64,000 bases of DNA from Candidatus Geocrenenecus huangii. GTDB taxonomy: Archaea; Thermoproteota; Nitrososphaeria_A; Caldarchaeales; Wolframiiraptoraceae. Positions 29,900-39,802 of this stretch are shown in pieces. Within the stretch, counting starts at the first letter, position 1, and each line of letters starts with the position of its first letter. Location of the stretch: the NCBI GenBank assembly GCA_023254095.1, contig JALNLM010000002.1:134594-198593 (forward strand). Reading direction: 5' to 3'. The notes beneath the pieces were generated by a model. The model was not told the origin of the DNA and did no database searches. It saw only the letters and a program-made list of their open reading frames with translations. Both the position numbers and the translations under genes were made by a program.

Positions 29900-29989
29900 A
29901 TTACCCTCCCACCTAATGATTGTGTAATCTTTGCCATCATACCGTTATCTATTCAACCTATATTAAGAGCGGCGTTGATCCATATCTAG

Positions 29990-31231
29990 ATGACTCAGAA
30001 GATTCTATTGAGACAACCAGAGGTAAACATAGGTACACTAGGTCACGTAGATAATGGGAAGAGTACGATCGTTCAAGCGATTACAGGAGTTTGGCCAGCT
30101 AGACATTCTGAAGAACTTAGAAGAGGGATCACGATAAGGATCGGGTACGCTGATGTAGCAATTTATAGATGCCCTAAATGTGAAGAGCCTTTTAATTATT
30201 CTACAGAAGAGAAATGCCCAATATGCGGGTCTGAAACAATTTTTGAAAGAGCGATCTCGTTCATTGACTGCCCTGGGCATCATTCATTAATGGTTACAAT
30301 GCTTTCGGGAGCAGCATTATTCGATGGTGCAGTATTCGTAGTAGATGCAAGACATGTCTTTCCCCAGCCGCAGGATAGCGAGCATCTCCAAGCAATCATG
30401 ATAATGGACATAGATAAAGTAGTGATTGCCCAGAATAAGATAGATGTGGTCTCAAAGGAAAGAGCTCTCCAGAACTATGATGAAATAAGAAACTATATTA
30501 AGACGAGTAAGATAAAGGATTGCCCGATCATACCTCTCTCTGCTCAACATAAAGTTGGAATCAATATCCTCCTATGGGCTATACAGAAATTTATTCCAAC
30601 ACCGGGCAGAGACTTCACAAAACCATTTAGAATGCCTATACTACGTTCCTTCGATGTTAATCCTCCAGGAACACCTGGAAACCTTATCAGAGGAGGAGTA
30701 ATAGGAGGCTCGATAATTCAGGGAAAGATAAAAGTAGGTGAAGAAATAGAGATAGCCCCGGGCATACCGTTAGAAGATAAGCCTGGGTCGAAATATGAAC
30801 CGATCTATACGGAAGTAGTAAATATAAAGGCGGGTGGCAGAGATGTTGAAGAAGCTATGAGCGGGGGTCTAACAGGAATAGAGACGAAGCTAGACCCGGC
30901 ATTGACGAAAGCTGATTCTATGACAGGGAACATGGCTGGGAAGCCTGGAACCCTACCGCACACATTTTATGACCTAACATTAGAATACAGTTTGTTTAAG
31001 TACGTTGTTGGAGTTAAAGAGAAAATCGAGGTAGTACCCATAGCCGAGAAAGAGCCTTTAGTATTGAACGTCTACTCGGCCGTAACCACGGGGATAGTAA
31101 CTAATAGGGCTAGGGATAGAATAGAGATAAGTTTAACGAGACCCATAGTCGCACAGACTGGAGACAAAGTCTCGATATCCAGGAAAGTAGGAGCAGGATG
31201 GAGGTTAATAGGGTACGGAAAGATTATTTAG
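29990..31231 (+). CDS. eif2g: Translation initiation factor aIF2 gamma
   Basis: GHVDNGKS, RGITIRIGYA, DCPGH, NKID, RSFDVN, WRLIGYG. Confidence 0.96.
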   Translation: MTQKILLRQPEVNIGTLGHVDNGKSTIVQAITGVWPARHSEELRRGITIRIGYADVAIYRCPKCEEPFNYSTEEKCPICGSETIFERAISFIDCPGHHSLMVTMLSGAALFDGAVFVVDARHVFPQPQDSEHLQAIMIMDIDKVVIAQNKIDVVSKERALQNYDEIRNYIKTSKIKDCPIIPLSAQHKVGINILLWAIQKFIPTPGRDFTKPFRMPILRSFDVNPPGTPGNLIRGGVIGGSIIQGKIKVGEEIEIAPGIPLEDKPGSKYEPIYTEVVNIKAGGRDVEEAMSGGLTGIETKLDPALTKADSMTGNMAGKPGTLPHTFYDLTLEYSLFKYVVGVKEKIEVVPIAEKEPLVLNVYSAVTTGIVTNRARDRIEISLTRPIVAQTGDKVSISRKVGAGWRLIGYGKII

Positions 31232-31244
31232 ATATTAAAGCTGG

Positions 31245-31646
31245 ATGACTAATGAAATGAGGGTTCTCTTCGATACCAGTTTTTTAATGCTTATTGCAAG
31301 AACTGGAAAGAATTTAGTGAATATAGCAGAAGATAAACTCGGTGAGGCGATCGAGCCATGCATTCTTCAGGACGTAGTAGATGAATTGGAGAAAATCTCT
31401 CAACAAGAAGGAAAGAGGTCGAAGGAAGCGAAGATAGCTTTGAAGATGGCTGACAAGATGAAGAAGATAAAACATGAGGGAGATGCGCCGGTAGACTTGA
31501 AGTTAATTGAGGCTGCGCAAGAACATAGGCTAGTCTTAGCAACAACGGACCAAGACATCATAAAAGAAGCGAGGAGAAGAAAAATACCCCTCCTAATATT
31601 CCACGAAGATCTAAGAGTTACACTCGAGGGATCTTTACTTGAATAA
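31245..31646 (+). CDS. PIN-domain protein (Utp24/Fcf1-like)
   Basis: VLFDTSFLM, VVDELEKI, LATTDQ; typical position after eif2g. Confidence 0.85.
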   Translation: MTNEMRVLFDTSFLMLIARTGKNLVNIAEDKLGEAIEPCILQDVVDELEKISQQEGKRSKEAKIALKMADKMKKIKHEGDAPVDLKLIEAAQEHRLVLATTDQDIIKEARRRKIPLLIFHEDLRVTLEGSLLE

Positions 31647-31689
31647 GATTTTAAGATAGGAATTACCTTATAACTATGAGTCAGGGTAG

Positions 31690-34053
31690 ATGAATTCGAG
31701 AAAAGTCCTACTCCTATTGTTATCTCTTCTATCGGTCTCGATGCTAGTAGTAGCTATGTATGGAGGTGTGCACACCCAAGAGGAAAATCGCGTAGAAGTG
31801 ATTTTCTATATTGATACAGGGTTGGGCGGTCCACAGATCATCAACAGTTGTAGTAGAACGGTTGTAGTGGGAGAAAACGTGAGCTGCGTTATCGACCGTG
31901 AAATTAAATTCATCAATAATACAAAGATCGTTTTTAGAGGATGGTACAAGAGTAGAGGAGATGGAAATGAAGAGCTTGTCACTAAGGATTCTTCAATAAC
32001 AGTCGTAGCTGTAGAAGGAGAAGCTCTACAAGAATACATTGCAAAATACCAGGTCTATTACTTGATAGAACTCGACCTAGGTTATAGTCAAATCCAAGAT
32101 TGGAAACCTAGAAATGGTTTATTCACATTGGATATACTGGATATGTGGGAGCCGGCTAAAGGTATTAGGAAAGTCTTCTTTAACTGGAGGGGAGACATAA
32201 CGGGAAAAAACCCATACATCTACATAGACAAGATCAGCAAACCGATTAGAGCAGAAGCCGTATGGGAAACACAATACTATGTGGAGGTCATCTCCGAATA
32301 TGCATTATCTGTAAAGACAGGGTGGTTTAACGAGGGTCAGACAATACATGTCGAACCATCGAATTCTCCGATATATGAAAATAATGGTGAAACGAAGATC
32401 ATGTTAGAAAAATACTTAGTGGATTATTGGCAGGAAGATAAACGTGACCTCGAAGTTGTTCAAGATTCATTAGAGTTGGATGTAGATTCTCCTTTAACAA
32501 TAAAGGCTGTATGGGTAAAGCTTCACCATGTAATTCTCGAGTCAAGTCACATTAGGTCTGTACTCCTAGATGAATGGATAAGAGATGGGGCTAGATTAAC
32601 CTATAATGAACTTGAACGAGATATTACGTGGGTCAACAAAACCAGAATAGTTTTCGAGAAGTGGGTTAACGATGTCTCTCAGGATAGCAAAGACATAGAT
32701 ATTCTTGTAACTGGACCGCTGAAAGCGTACGCTACGTGGAGGGTGTACTATCTAGTCTCAGTAGAGTCATCAGAACCCAGCATAGCCATAAGAGTGAACA
32801 ATATTGGATGGGTTGAGAAGGGTAGCTACGTAATCATAAATGCAACGCCGACCGAGAGAGAATTAGGTAAAGGGGTTAGAGCATCATTTAAAGAATGGGT
32901 TGGAAGTATAATAAGTTCAGAACCCGTCATAGAAGTAAGAGAACTTGACCAGTCGATAATTATTAAAGCATTATGGGTAAAGAAGTATCTGGTTACAATC
33001 GACGCACCTGACGAAGTTCAGATATCGAGACAAGTCTGGGTACGGGAAGATGAAGAACACATTATCACGGCTCCCTACCGAGTAAATGTAGATAATAACA
33101 CGAGACTCATATTTAGTAGCTGGGAGGGTTGCAACCTCACCAAGCAAAATACATGTATTCTGAAAGACGTTACTCAACCTTTAACTCTCAAAGCTAACTA
33201 CTTCGTCGAGAAGAAGATAAGAATAGAAGCAGTCTCATTAAATGAGGAAGTGATCGAAGAAGTACACTTTAACGTTAAGCATGAATCGGGTGAAGTATTG
33301 AAGCTTATGTCTGGAGATACTGCATGGATGAAGATAGGAAAATGGAGGGTAATGAATGCTACATGGAGAACCTGGGATGTCTCGTCGATGTATGAATTTA
33401 TGCTAACTAGAGACTCCGGTGAGCTTCTTAAAATAACGATTAGAATATTTAGATTATCGTTTAAGGTGAATGATTACTTTGGGTTTCCAGTTAAAGATGC
33501 TGTAATCATCGTCAAAACAGCTGATGGTGAAATAGTGTATGAAGGAAGAACAAATGAAGATGGGATATTGGATAAGGTTGGCCCGCTACCTCCATTGGAG
33601 ATGGTTGCATACATTACCTATGGAGATTATCGAGTAGAGAGGAATGTGAGCTTAAAGACTTCTAGCCCCGTATATGTGACCGTCCCCATGTCTCATACAT
33701 TTATCCAGATAATCATGGCGATGATTGTAGTGGTAGGTTCCCTATCTGCTTACGCTATCATTAGAAAAATCATTAGGAGACGGAAAGAGGTGCCCATCGC
33801 AATACCTATGCCGATAGAATTGCCTCCCGCACGGACCCTGGAAGAAGAACCGTCTACCTTAGAGAAAGAAGTCGAGAAAGCACCTGTCGTAACACTTGAA
33901 GACGTTGTCGAGAAATTAAGGAAGAGCGGGGAGAAACCTGAAGAAATACTGGGAGAATTAGCTGAGATGATTGAGACAGAGAAGAAAAAGAAAGGTAGAA
34001 GAAAGAGTTCTACCTCGGAGCAGAGTATTTCAAAACGGGGTCGCCAGGCTTAA
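31690..34053 (+). CDS. Large membrane-anchored surface protein with beta-repeat modules
   Basis: Signal peptide, repeated F..W...P....A.W..YYV units, TM helix near the C-terminus, charged cytoplasmic tail. Confidence 0.75.
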   Translation: MNSRKVLLLLLSLLSVSMLVVAMYGGVHTQEENRVEVIFYIDTGLGGPQIINSCSRTVVVGENVSCVIDREIKFINNTKIVFRGWYKSRGDGNEELVTKDSSITVVAVEGEALQEYIAKYQVYYLIELDLGYSQIQDWKPRNGLFTLDILDMWEPAKGIRKVFFNWRGDITGKNPYIYIDKISKPIRAEAVWETQYYVEVISEYALSVKTGWFNEGQTIHVEPSNSPIYENNGETKIMLEKYLVDYWQEDKRDLEVVQDSLELDVDSPLTIKAVWVKLHHVILESSHIRSVLLDEWIRDGARLTYNELERDITWVNKTRIVFEKWVNDVSQDSKDIDILVTGPLKAYATWRVYYLVSVESSEPSIAIRVNNIGWVEKGSYVIINATPTERELGKGVRASFKEWVGSIISSEPVIEVRELDQSIIIKALWVKKYLVTIDAPDEVQISRQVWVREDEEHIITAPYRVNVDNNTRLIFSSWEGCNLTKQNTCILKDVTQPLTLKANYFVEKKIRIEAVSLNEEVIEEVHFNVKHESGEVLKLMSGDTAWMKIGKWRVMNATWRTWDVSSMYEFMLTRDSGELLKITIRIFRLSFKVNDYFGFPVKDAVIIVKTADGEIVYEGRTNEDGILDKVGPLPPLEMVAYITYGDYRVERNVSLKTSSPVYVTVPMSHTFIQIIMAMIVVVGSLSAYAIIRKIIRRRKEVPIAIPMPIELPPARTLEEEPSTLEKEVEKAPVVTLEDVVEKLRKSGEKPEEILGELAEMIETEKKKKGRRKSSTSEQSISKRGRQA

Positions 34054-34879
34054 CGCCTAGTCTTCCTGCTATTGGAGCACATTTAGCGATAAGCAAGAAG
34101 AATATATTCCTCTTGTTTTCCATTACTTCATAGTTAGCCATTCCCTTAGCGATTACGAGATCATGACTGTTGATTAGGTCGTCTAGTTCTCTACTATTAG
34201 GGGAGATACCGCTTCCTTCTTCACCGTTGGAGGCAAAAACTATAGAAGTATTGGGGAGATCATCTAGCCCCACCGCCTTCAAATCATCATAGGTGGCATC
34301 GTTAACGATTGGTCCACCCCTAACTACTATTGATATATTTTTAAACTCTCTGTTTCTGATATCCAGCATGGCTTCGATGAGGAGCTTATCTGTATATATT
34401 TCTCCAGCATTATCTAGGAAGTAGAGTAGGTTATTACATGAAGATACTGCTTCCTTAAATTTACTATAATCATTTACAGCTAACTTTTTCCTGAATGTCT
34501 TAAATAGGTTTTTCTTAAAATCCTGGAATTCAACGGTAACTATGTCTATAGTATTTCCGGCTATAGCTAGCTTAACGGCTACCTCAAGCTTCTCTCGACT
34601 TACATCGACTAGTTTCTTCATCATCGGGAATAGATTTCTTACAAATTCGTTACTCTTATTCTTTATGTCTTTGAAAGGATCATTTATCCCAGTGCTCCTC
34701 CTGATCATTCTATGAATTTCTAGAGATATCTCGATAGGGGTCTTATCCCAATTAGATGAAATTATTTGAAAGGCCTTCACCAATATTTCTTTTCTTGTTT
34801 GTTCATCTTCTACCGCTAGTTTAGATGCTAGGTTTACAGTCTTCAATATGCATGGAACACAGTCAATAGATAGCTTCAT
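34010..34879 (-). CDS. DUF89/ARMT1 damage-control phosphatase
   Basis: DCVPC, DPFKDIK, AIAGNTID, LDNAGE, NDAT, AKGMANYE. Confidence 0.92.
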   Translation of the reverse strand: MKLSIDCVPCILKTVNLASKLAVEDEQTRKEILVKAFQIISSNWDKTPIEISLEIHRMIRRSTGINDPFKDIKNKSNEFVRNLFPMMKKLVDVSREKLEVAVKLAIAGNTIDIVTVEFQDFKKNLFKTFRKKLAVNDYSKFKEAVSSCNNLLYFLDNAGEIYTDKLLIEAMLDIRNREFKNISIVVRGGPIVNDATYDDLKAVGLDDLPNTSIVFASNGEEGSGISPNSRELDDLINSHDLVIAKGMANYEVMENKRNIFFLLIAKCAPIAGRLGVKPGDPVLKYSAPR

Positions 34880-34909
34880 GAAGGTTCAGCCTACGCGAGA
34901 AGCCTAAAA

Positions 34910-35176
34910 CTAAGTAATGTCACCGGTTTCAGATATTTTCTTGTCTTCATAGATTGCTACATGTCTTCTATAGAATTCCTGTAGCACGCAGGCAAGGACT
35001 CCTATCGCTCTATTATAGTTGAAGTATCTTGGTGGATAGAGATGGAGGAGGAGTCTAAAAATTACATAATTTATCTGGCCGTCAATCTCTTCTAATGGAG
35101 CCTTATTAAGCTCATCTATTAAAGCATCAATCTTAGGGTCCAACCTATCTCTGTACTCTCTCCTGATGTATGGCAT
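34910..35176 (-). CDS. Small conserved helical protein (MPYI...YEDKKIxExGD family, DUF6899-like)
   Basis: MPYI start, GQINY, EFYRR, YEDKKISETGD; family recalled from memory. Confidence 0.7.
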   Translation of the reverse strand: MPYIRREYRDRLDPKIDALIDELNKAPLEEIDGQINYVIFRLLLHLYPPRYFNYNRAIGVLACVLQEFYRRHVAIYEDKKISETGDIT

Positions 35177-35235
35177 ACCTAGTAGTCTTGCTACCCTAGT
35201 ATTTATCTTATTATTCTTTTCCCATAACAGTCTAC

Positions 35236-36519
35236 TCACCGTATATTTGAGAACAGATGCATAACATCCAACCAAGACAATAGGTATACTTCTACTATGC
35301 TGCCTCTATTGATCTTCTCAACCTTCTCAGGGATCTTTATGAACCCGTTAGAGAGGATCAATGGTCTAATCATAGATGAATCTCCGAGAATAGCTCTAGC
35401 TCTGTATCTATCCCCATCTTTAAACAATTTAACGAAACGTATTCTAGTAAATGAAGAGTATTCTTTGACTATTAGGTCTTCGTCCATTTCTGCGGATATT
35501 TTCGGGAAGAAATCTCTAGATTGCAGACCTTGCATATAGAGTAATAACGGGATCAGGATGTTTATCGCACCGGAGATGGTTGATTGAATATGTCCTGGAA
35601 GCATTATGACGGGTTTTCCATTAAGTAGGATAATGCTTGTAGCTCGGCCGGGCTGGACTCTTAATCCTCTAGCTATTGGAATGCTTTCAGGGAGTTTCGA
35701 TAGTGTAGTCCAACACAGGTCTCTAGGTCCAAGAGATACTCCTCCGATAGTTACGCATACATCGTTTTGTCTAAGCGAGTTCTTGACAACCTGAATTATC
35801 TGGTTTGGATTATCAGGAACAGGATTTACTCTTGTCGGGATCCCACCAAACTCATTGACGTAGTAGTGTATCATTGTTGAAGATGTTTCAAGCTTCTTCC
35901 CATCGACCTCCTCCCGCCTTATTGTTAATTCATCTCCAACACCTATTATTGCAATTCTAGGTTTAGCATATACCTTAATCCTGGATATTCCGGCATCTAG
36001 CAAAAACTTTATGGTCTGAGGGCGGATTACATCTCCTCTTCTCTGAACACTCTCTCCAGCCTCTATATCTGCCCCCCTAAATGTTACGTGCTCTCCCCTC
36101 TTTACAGGTTCTAAAATTTCTATACTTTCTCCATACCGTCTAGTTCTTTCAACGGGTACCAAGGCATCAGCCCCTCCGGGCATCTTAGCCCCTGTTACAA
36201 CATAGACCGTCTCTCCCTCCCTGATGCTCAGATTATGTTCTTTTATCGAGTCTATCCTACCTACGACCTTCAATCTGACTGGATTAACTGTCGAGGCTTT
36301 TAACGTATCGGAGCTCCTTACAGCATAGCCATCAAAATGAGCGACAGTATCTCTAGGTATTGAAATAGGAGATACTACGTCTTCCGCTAAGACGTAGCCC
36401 AATGATCTATAAACGTCAATATTGATAACACTTGGGGAAAGTCTAGAATAGTGAATTATTTTTTCTAATGCTTCATCAAGCGAGATATATTTAAACTGCT
36501 TCTCAACGTATTCATTCAT
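35236..36519 (-). CDS. moeA: Molybdopterin molybdotransferase
   Basis: VLAEDV, FDGYAV, TGAKMPGGADA, GDEL, GGVSLG, QPG, LPG. Confidence 0.92.
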   Translation of the reverse strand: MNEYVEKQFKYISLDEALEKIIHYSRLSPSVINIDVYRSLGYVLAEDVVSPISIPRDTVAHFDGYAVRSSDTLKASTVNPVRLKVVGRIDSIKEHNLSIREGETVYVVTGAKMPGGADALVPVERTRRYGESIEILEPVKRGEHVTFRGADIEAGESVQRRGDVIRPQTIKFLLDAGISRIKVYAKPRIAIIGVGDELTIRREEVDGKKLETSSTMIHYYVNEFGGIPTRVNPVPDNPNQIIQVVKNSLRQNDVCVTIGGVSLGPRDLCWTTLSKLPESIPIARGLRVQPGRATSIILLNGKPVIMLPGHIQSTISGAINILIPLLLYMQGLQSRDFFPKISAEMDEDLIVKEYSSFTRIRFVKLFKDGDRYRARAILGDSSMIRPLILSNGFIKIPEKVEKINRGSIVEVYLLSWLDVMHLFSNIR

Positions 36520-36663
36520 ACTATGGTAGCATATCTACTACGACCTGTATTTTATGGTTGCGTATCGTCACCATTATTAATGAGAAGAATACTCGAAGGT
36601 TAGCTGTCTATAGAAGATGAAGAGGGAGGTTAATAAGGAAGTCTTAATGATATTCTATCCAGT

Positions 36664-37149
36664 ATGGGAGATCCAAAGAGAGCTCGTAAGCGGTACGAGA
36701 CCCCAGGTCATCCATGGAAAGCGGATAGACTGGCTACGGAGCTCCATCTTCTCGGAGAATATGGTTTAAGGAATAAGAAAGAGCTTTGGACGGCTGAAAC
36801 TATTCTTAGAAAGATTAGAGCGCAAGCTAGGTCTCTATTCGTTCTTACGGGTGAAAAAAGAGTTCAAGAGGAGAGAAGGCTGATAAGTAGACTTTACAAG
36901 ATGGGGCTTGTAGATGAAGATGCTACTGCAGACAATGTGTTACAATTAACTGTTAGAGATATTTTAGAGAGAAGGTTACAGACGATAGTCTTCAAGCTCG
37001 GGTATGCTAAAAGCATATATCAAGCTCGCCAATTGATAACTCACGGTCACGTCTACGTAGGGGATAACAAGGTGAGGTCTCCAAGCTACCATGTGATGAG
37101 AGGAGAGGAATCACTAATAAGGGTTGCAATACCGATAGAAGCAAAGTGA
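36664..37149 (+). CDS. rps4: 30S ribosomal protein S4
   Basis: MGDPK, YGLRNKKELW, LERRLQT, QARQLITHGH. Confidence 0.97.
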   Translation: MGDPKRARKRYETPGHPWKADRLATELHLLGEYGLRNKKELWTAETILRKIRAQARSLFVLTGEKRVQEERRLISRLYKMGLVDEDATADNVLQLTVRDILERRLQTIVFKLGYAKSIYQARQLITHGHVYVGDNKVRSPSYHVMRGEESLIRVAIPIEAK

Positions 37150-37195
37150 GGTCATAGGTGATCTGAACCACAACCTAATACCTGTCAATTCCTCA

Positions 37196-37738
37196 TCATG
37201 AATTTGCTAGGTAGACAAAGTGTGGGAGCTCATCTAGAAACATTCTTAGCGCAAGTTTTACCGCATCTGGAGAGCCGGGAAGACATAAGATTATTTTCTT
37301 ACGGTATACTCCTGCAGTTGCTCTAGTCAACGCGGCTGCAGTACCTATCTTCTTGTAGCTTCGAAGTCTAAATATTTCTCCAAAGCCCTCAGCCTCTTTG
37401 TCTAGTAGAGGTCTAATGGCTTCTATAGTTACATCTCTACTCGTTAACCCTGTGCCTCCCATATACATTATCACATCTACTTCTTTTTGAACACTGTTTT
37501 TGAGAGTCTCCCTAATCATGTCAATATCGTCGTTTATGACGTCTGTTTCGATTATTTCATGATTTTTTCTAGCGATAAGCCTAATAGCTGTTTCCATAGT
37601 TTCATCCTTGTATGGTCTTCCTTCAATCCTTAATCTATACCTCGAAGTACTGACAGTATACAAGATGAATCTAAGCTTTCGAGGACCTCTACGTCTATGC
37701 TCTTCATACGGTTTATGGGCTTCAGTCGACTTCATCAT
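37196..37738 (-). CDS. moaB: Molybdenum cofactor biosynthesis protein MoaB
   Basis: GGTGLTSRDVTIEA, GFGEIFR, LPGSP. Confidence 0.92.
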   Translation of the reverse strand: MMKSTEAHKPYEEHRRRGPRKLRFILYTVSTSRYRLRIEGRPYKDETMETAIRLIARKNHEIIETDVINDDIDMIRETLKNSVQKEVDVIMYMGGTGLTSRDVTIEAIRPLLDKEAEGFGEIFRLRSYKKIGTAAALTRATAGVYRKKIILCLPGSPDAVKLALRMFLDELPHFVYLANS

Positions 37739-38192
37739 TTTTCACTTTTCTCACTACTCTTATATCGGTTATTAAGGTATCTGGGTACTGACCATCCGGT
37801 GTCTTCTCATACATTTTTACAGCATCCCATATGTTGAGCAACGCTATGCATACTGTGGTTAAGGCCTCCATCTCGACTCCAGTTCTCTCAAAAGCTTCAA
37901 CCACAGCCTCCACTTCTATACCATCATCTTTGATCTTCGGATTTACTTCTACATAATCAAGCTTAAGCGGATGGCATAGTGGGAGAAGTAGGGGAGTAAG
38001 TTTCGCAGCATTTGTTCCAGCGATCCTAGCAAGCTGTAGGGGGTCTCCTTTCTCAACATTTCCTGATGTAATCTTTTCAATGGTTTCCCTTTTCAGTCTT
38101 ATGAACCCACGAGCCATAGCTTTTCTCTTGACTAGGGGTTTACCAGAAACATTAACCTGTCTTATTTCAGATGGCATAAAGCTACTACGCAT
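37722..38192 (-). CDS. moaC: Cyclic pyranopterin monophosphate synthase
   Basis: KGDPL, LPLCHP, TGVEMEAL. Confidence 0.95.
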   Translation of the reverse strand: MRSSFMPSEIRQVNVSGKPLVKRKAMARGFIRLKRETIEKITSGNVEKGDPLQLARIAGTNAAKLTPLLLPLCHPLKLDYVEVNPKIKDDGIEVEAVVEAFERTGVEMEALTTVCIALLNIWDAVKMYEKTPDGQYPDTLITDIRVVRKVKNDEVD

Positions 38193-38286
38193 AGATTATT
38201 CTTAAAGTTATCTTGAATACACTCTTCGACGAGGTTAGAGTTCGGAGAAAAAGATTTAGCCAGCCTATCAAGAGATATTATATGTT

Positions 38287-38784
38287 ATGAAGATCTTGTG
38301 GGCGCCTTGGAGGATGAAGTATATTAAACGTTTTGAAGATAACCGAGATTCGGGGTGCTTTTTTTGTAGAGCAGTGCAGCAGAATAGAGATAGAGAAAAT
38401 CTAATTCTCTATAGAGGTAAGACCTGCTTCATTATATTAAACAAGTATCCTTACAATACCGGGCATTTGATGATCGCTCCCTATAGACATGCTGGAGAAC
38501 TAGAAAAACTTAATGAAGAAGAATATATTGAATTAATGAAATTAACCGTCTGGGGTGTGAAGATACTTAGAAAAGAATATAGGCCGAGTGGATTGAATAT
38601 TGGAGCAAACATAGGGAGGGCGGCGGGAGCGGGCGTAGAAGATCATCTACATTTCCATCTGGTTCCAAGGTGGGTTGGAGACACCAATTTCATGCCTGTA
38701 ATATCTGAGACGAAGATCATGCCTGAGCTGCCTCATGAAACATACGATAGACTTAAGAAATACTTTGAAGAGTCGGAGCACTAG
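38287..38784 (+). CDS. HIT family hydrolase/Ap4A phosphorylase-like
   Basis: LWAPWRM, CFFC, NKYPYNTGH, HLHFHLVPRW. Confidence 0.93.
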   Translation: MKILWAPWRMKYIKRFEDNRDSGCFFCRAVQQNRDRENLILYRGKTCFIILNKYPYNTGHLMIAPYRHAGELEKLNEEEYIELMKLTVWGVKILRKEYRPSGLNIGANIGRAAGAGVEDHLHFHLVPRWVGDTNFMPVISETKIMPELPHETYDRLKKYFEESEH

Positions 38785-38786
38785 AC

Positions 38787-39764
38787 TCATCTAAATATCC
38801 TATTATAATCTAGTGAATAGTATGGTGACGATTCATTGGCTAGGAGCGATACACGGCTCGCATTATCATGGGAAATAATCTTATAGCCTATCAGCAAGGA
38901 TAATTTTTCTGAGAAATCTATTATATCGTTCATGCTTGGCATGGCCTCTTTCGGTAGCCTCTTCTGGCTCTCGCCTACATGCATGTACGCTTTGCATTCC
39001 ACGTAATCTGGTTTAGCATTTCTAATCAATTCAGCATACTTTTCCGGATCCCTCATATTGTATTCTTTGACAAGAGTAAGCCTTATCATCTTTCTAGACT
39101 TCCCAAAGCTCGGCATAAGCTTTAAGCTCTCCATAAGTCTAGTCCAGCTATCCGATATGAGAGGTCTACATGTTCTAACATGTGTCGCATAGTCTGGACC
39201 ATAAAGACTTATGTAAAGATTTGTTGGCTGAGCATCTTTCTCGATCAATTCTTCAAGCTTTCTCGGTGTTGTACCATTCGTTACTAGGAAAGTAGTCATT
39301 CCATTTTTATGAGCAATCTTGATTAGTTCAGCTAGGTATGGATATAAAGTTGGCTCACCATCTAGTGAAATAGCAACATTATTGGGTTCCAGAGCATCTT
39401 TGAATAATTTCTTATCTACGGCTGGATTACCTTTGAATCCTGAAAGAAGCTGCCTCTGCTCCAAGATAAGTTTATCGAATATCTCCTCTGGGCGGTCCCA
39501 TTCACCCTCATATACGGTAACTCTATTAATTGTGTGGAATCTCCAACAGAATATGCACATCATGTTACAGTATTGTAAACTTGGAGTCATCTGAAGGCAT
39601 CTATGACTCTGAACTCCATACCAACTCTTGTAGCAGTGTTTCCCACCTCGGAGAACATTCTTAGTCCAATGGCAGATCTTAACTGCGGAGTGTCTGCCGA
39701 CTATCCTGTAACCGCTCTTCCTTAATCTCTCGATCTGGTCAATGCTCGTTCTGACGGCGACCAT
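38787..39764 (-). CDS. taw1: 4-demethylwyosine synthase (radical SAM, Tyw1/Taw1)
   Basis: HSAVKICHW, SHRCLQMTP, CNMMCIFCWR, GEPT, KAYMHVG. Confidence 0.95.
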   Translation of the reverse strand: MVAVRTSIDQIERLRKSGYRIVGRHSAVKICHWTKNVLRGGKHCYKSWYGVQSHRCLQMTPSLQYCNMMCIFCWRFHTINRVTVYEGEWDRPEEIFDKLILEQRQLLSGFKGNPAVDKKLFKDALEPNNVAISLDGEPTLYPYLAELIKIAHKNGMTTFLVTNGTTPRKLEELIEKDAQPTNLYISLYGPDYATHVRTCRPLISDSWTRLMESLKLMPSFGKSRKMIRLTLVKEYNMRDPEKYAELIRNAKPDYVECKAYMHVGESQKRLPKEAMPSMNDIIDFSEKLSLLIGYKIISHDNASRVSLLANESSPYYSLDYNRIFR

Positions 39765-39802
39765 TTACTTCTCCCTAAGAATAATTGTGTCTTCGAGAAT
39801 AA

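Noticed and set aside
37145-37200. Minus-strand ATGATGA at the moaB stop as a C box
   Set aside because: Explained by the stop codon context; no properly placed CTGA D box.
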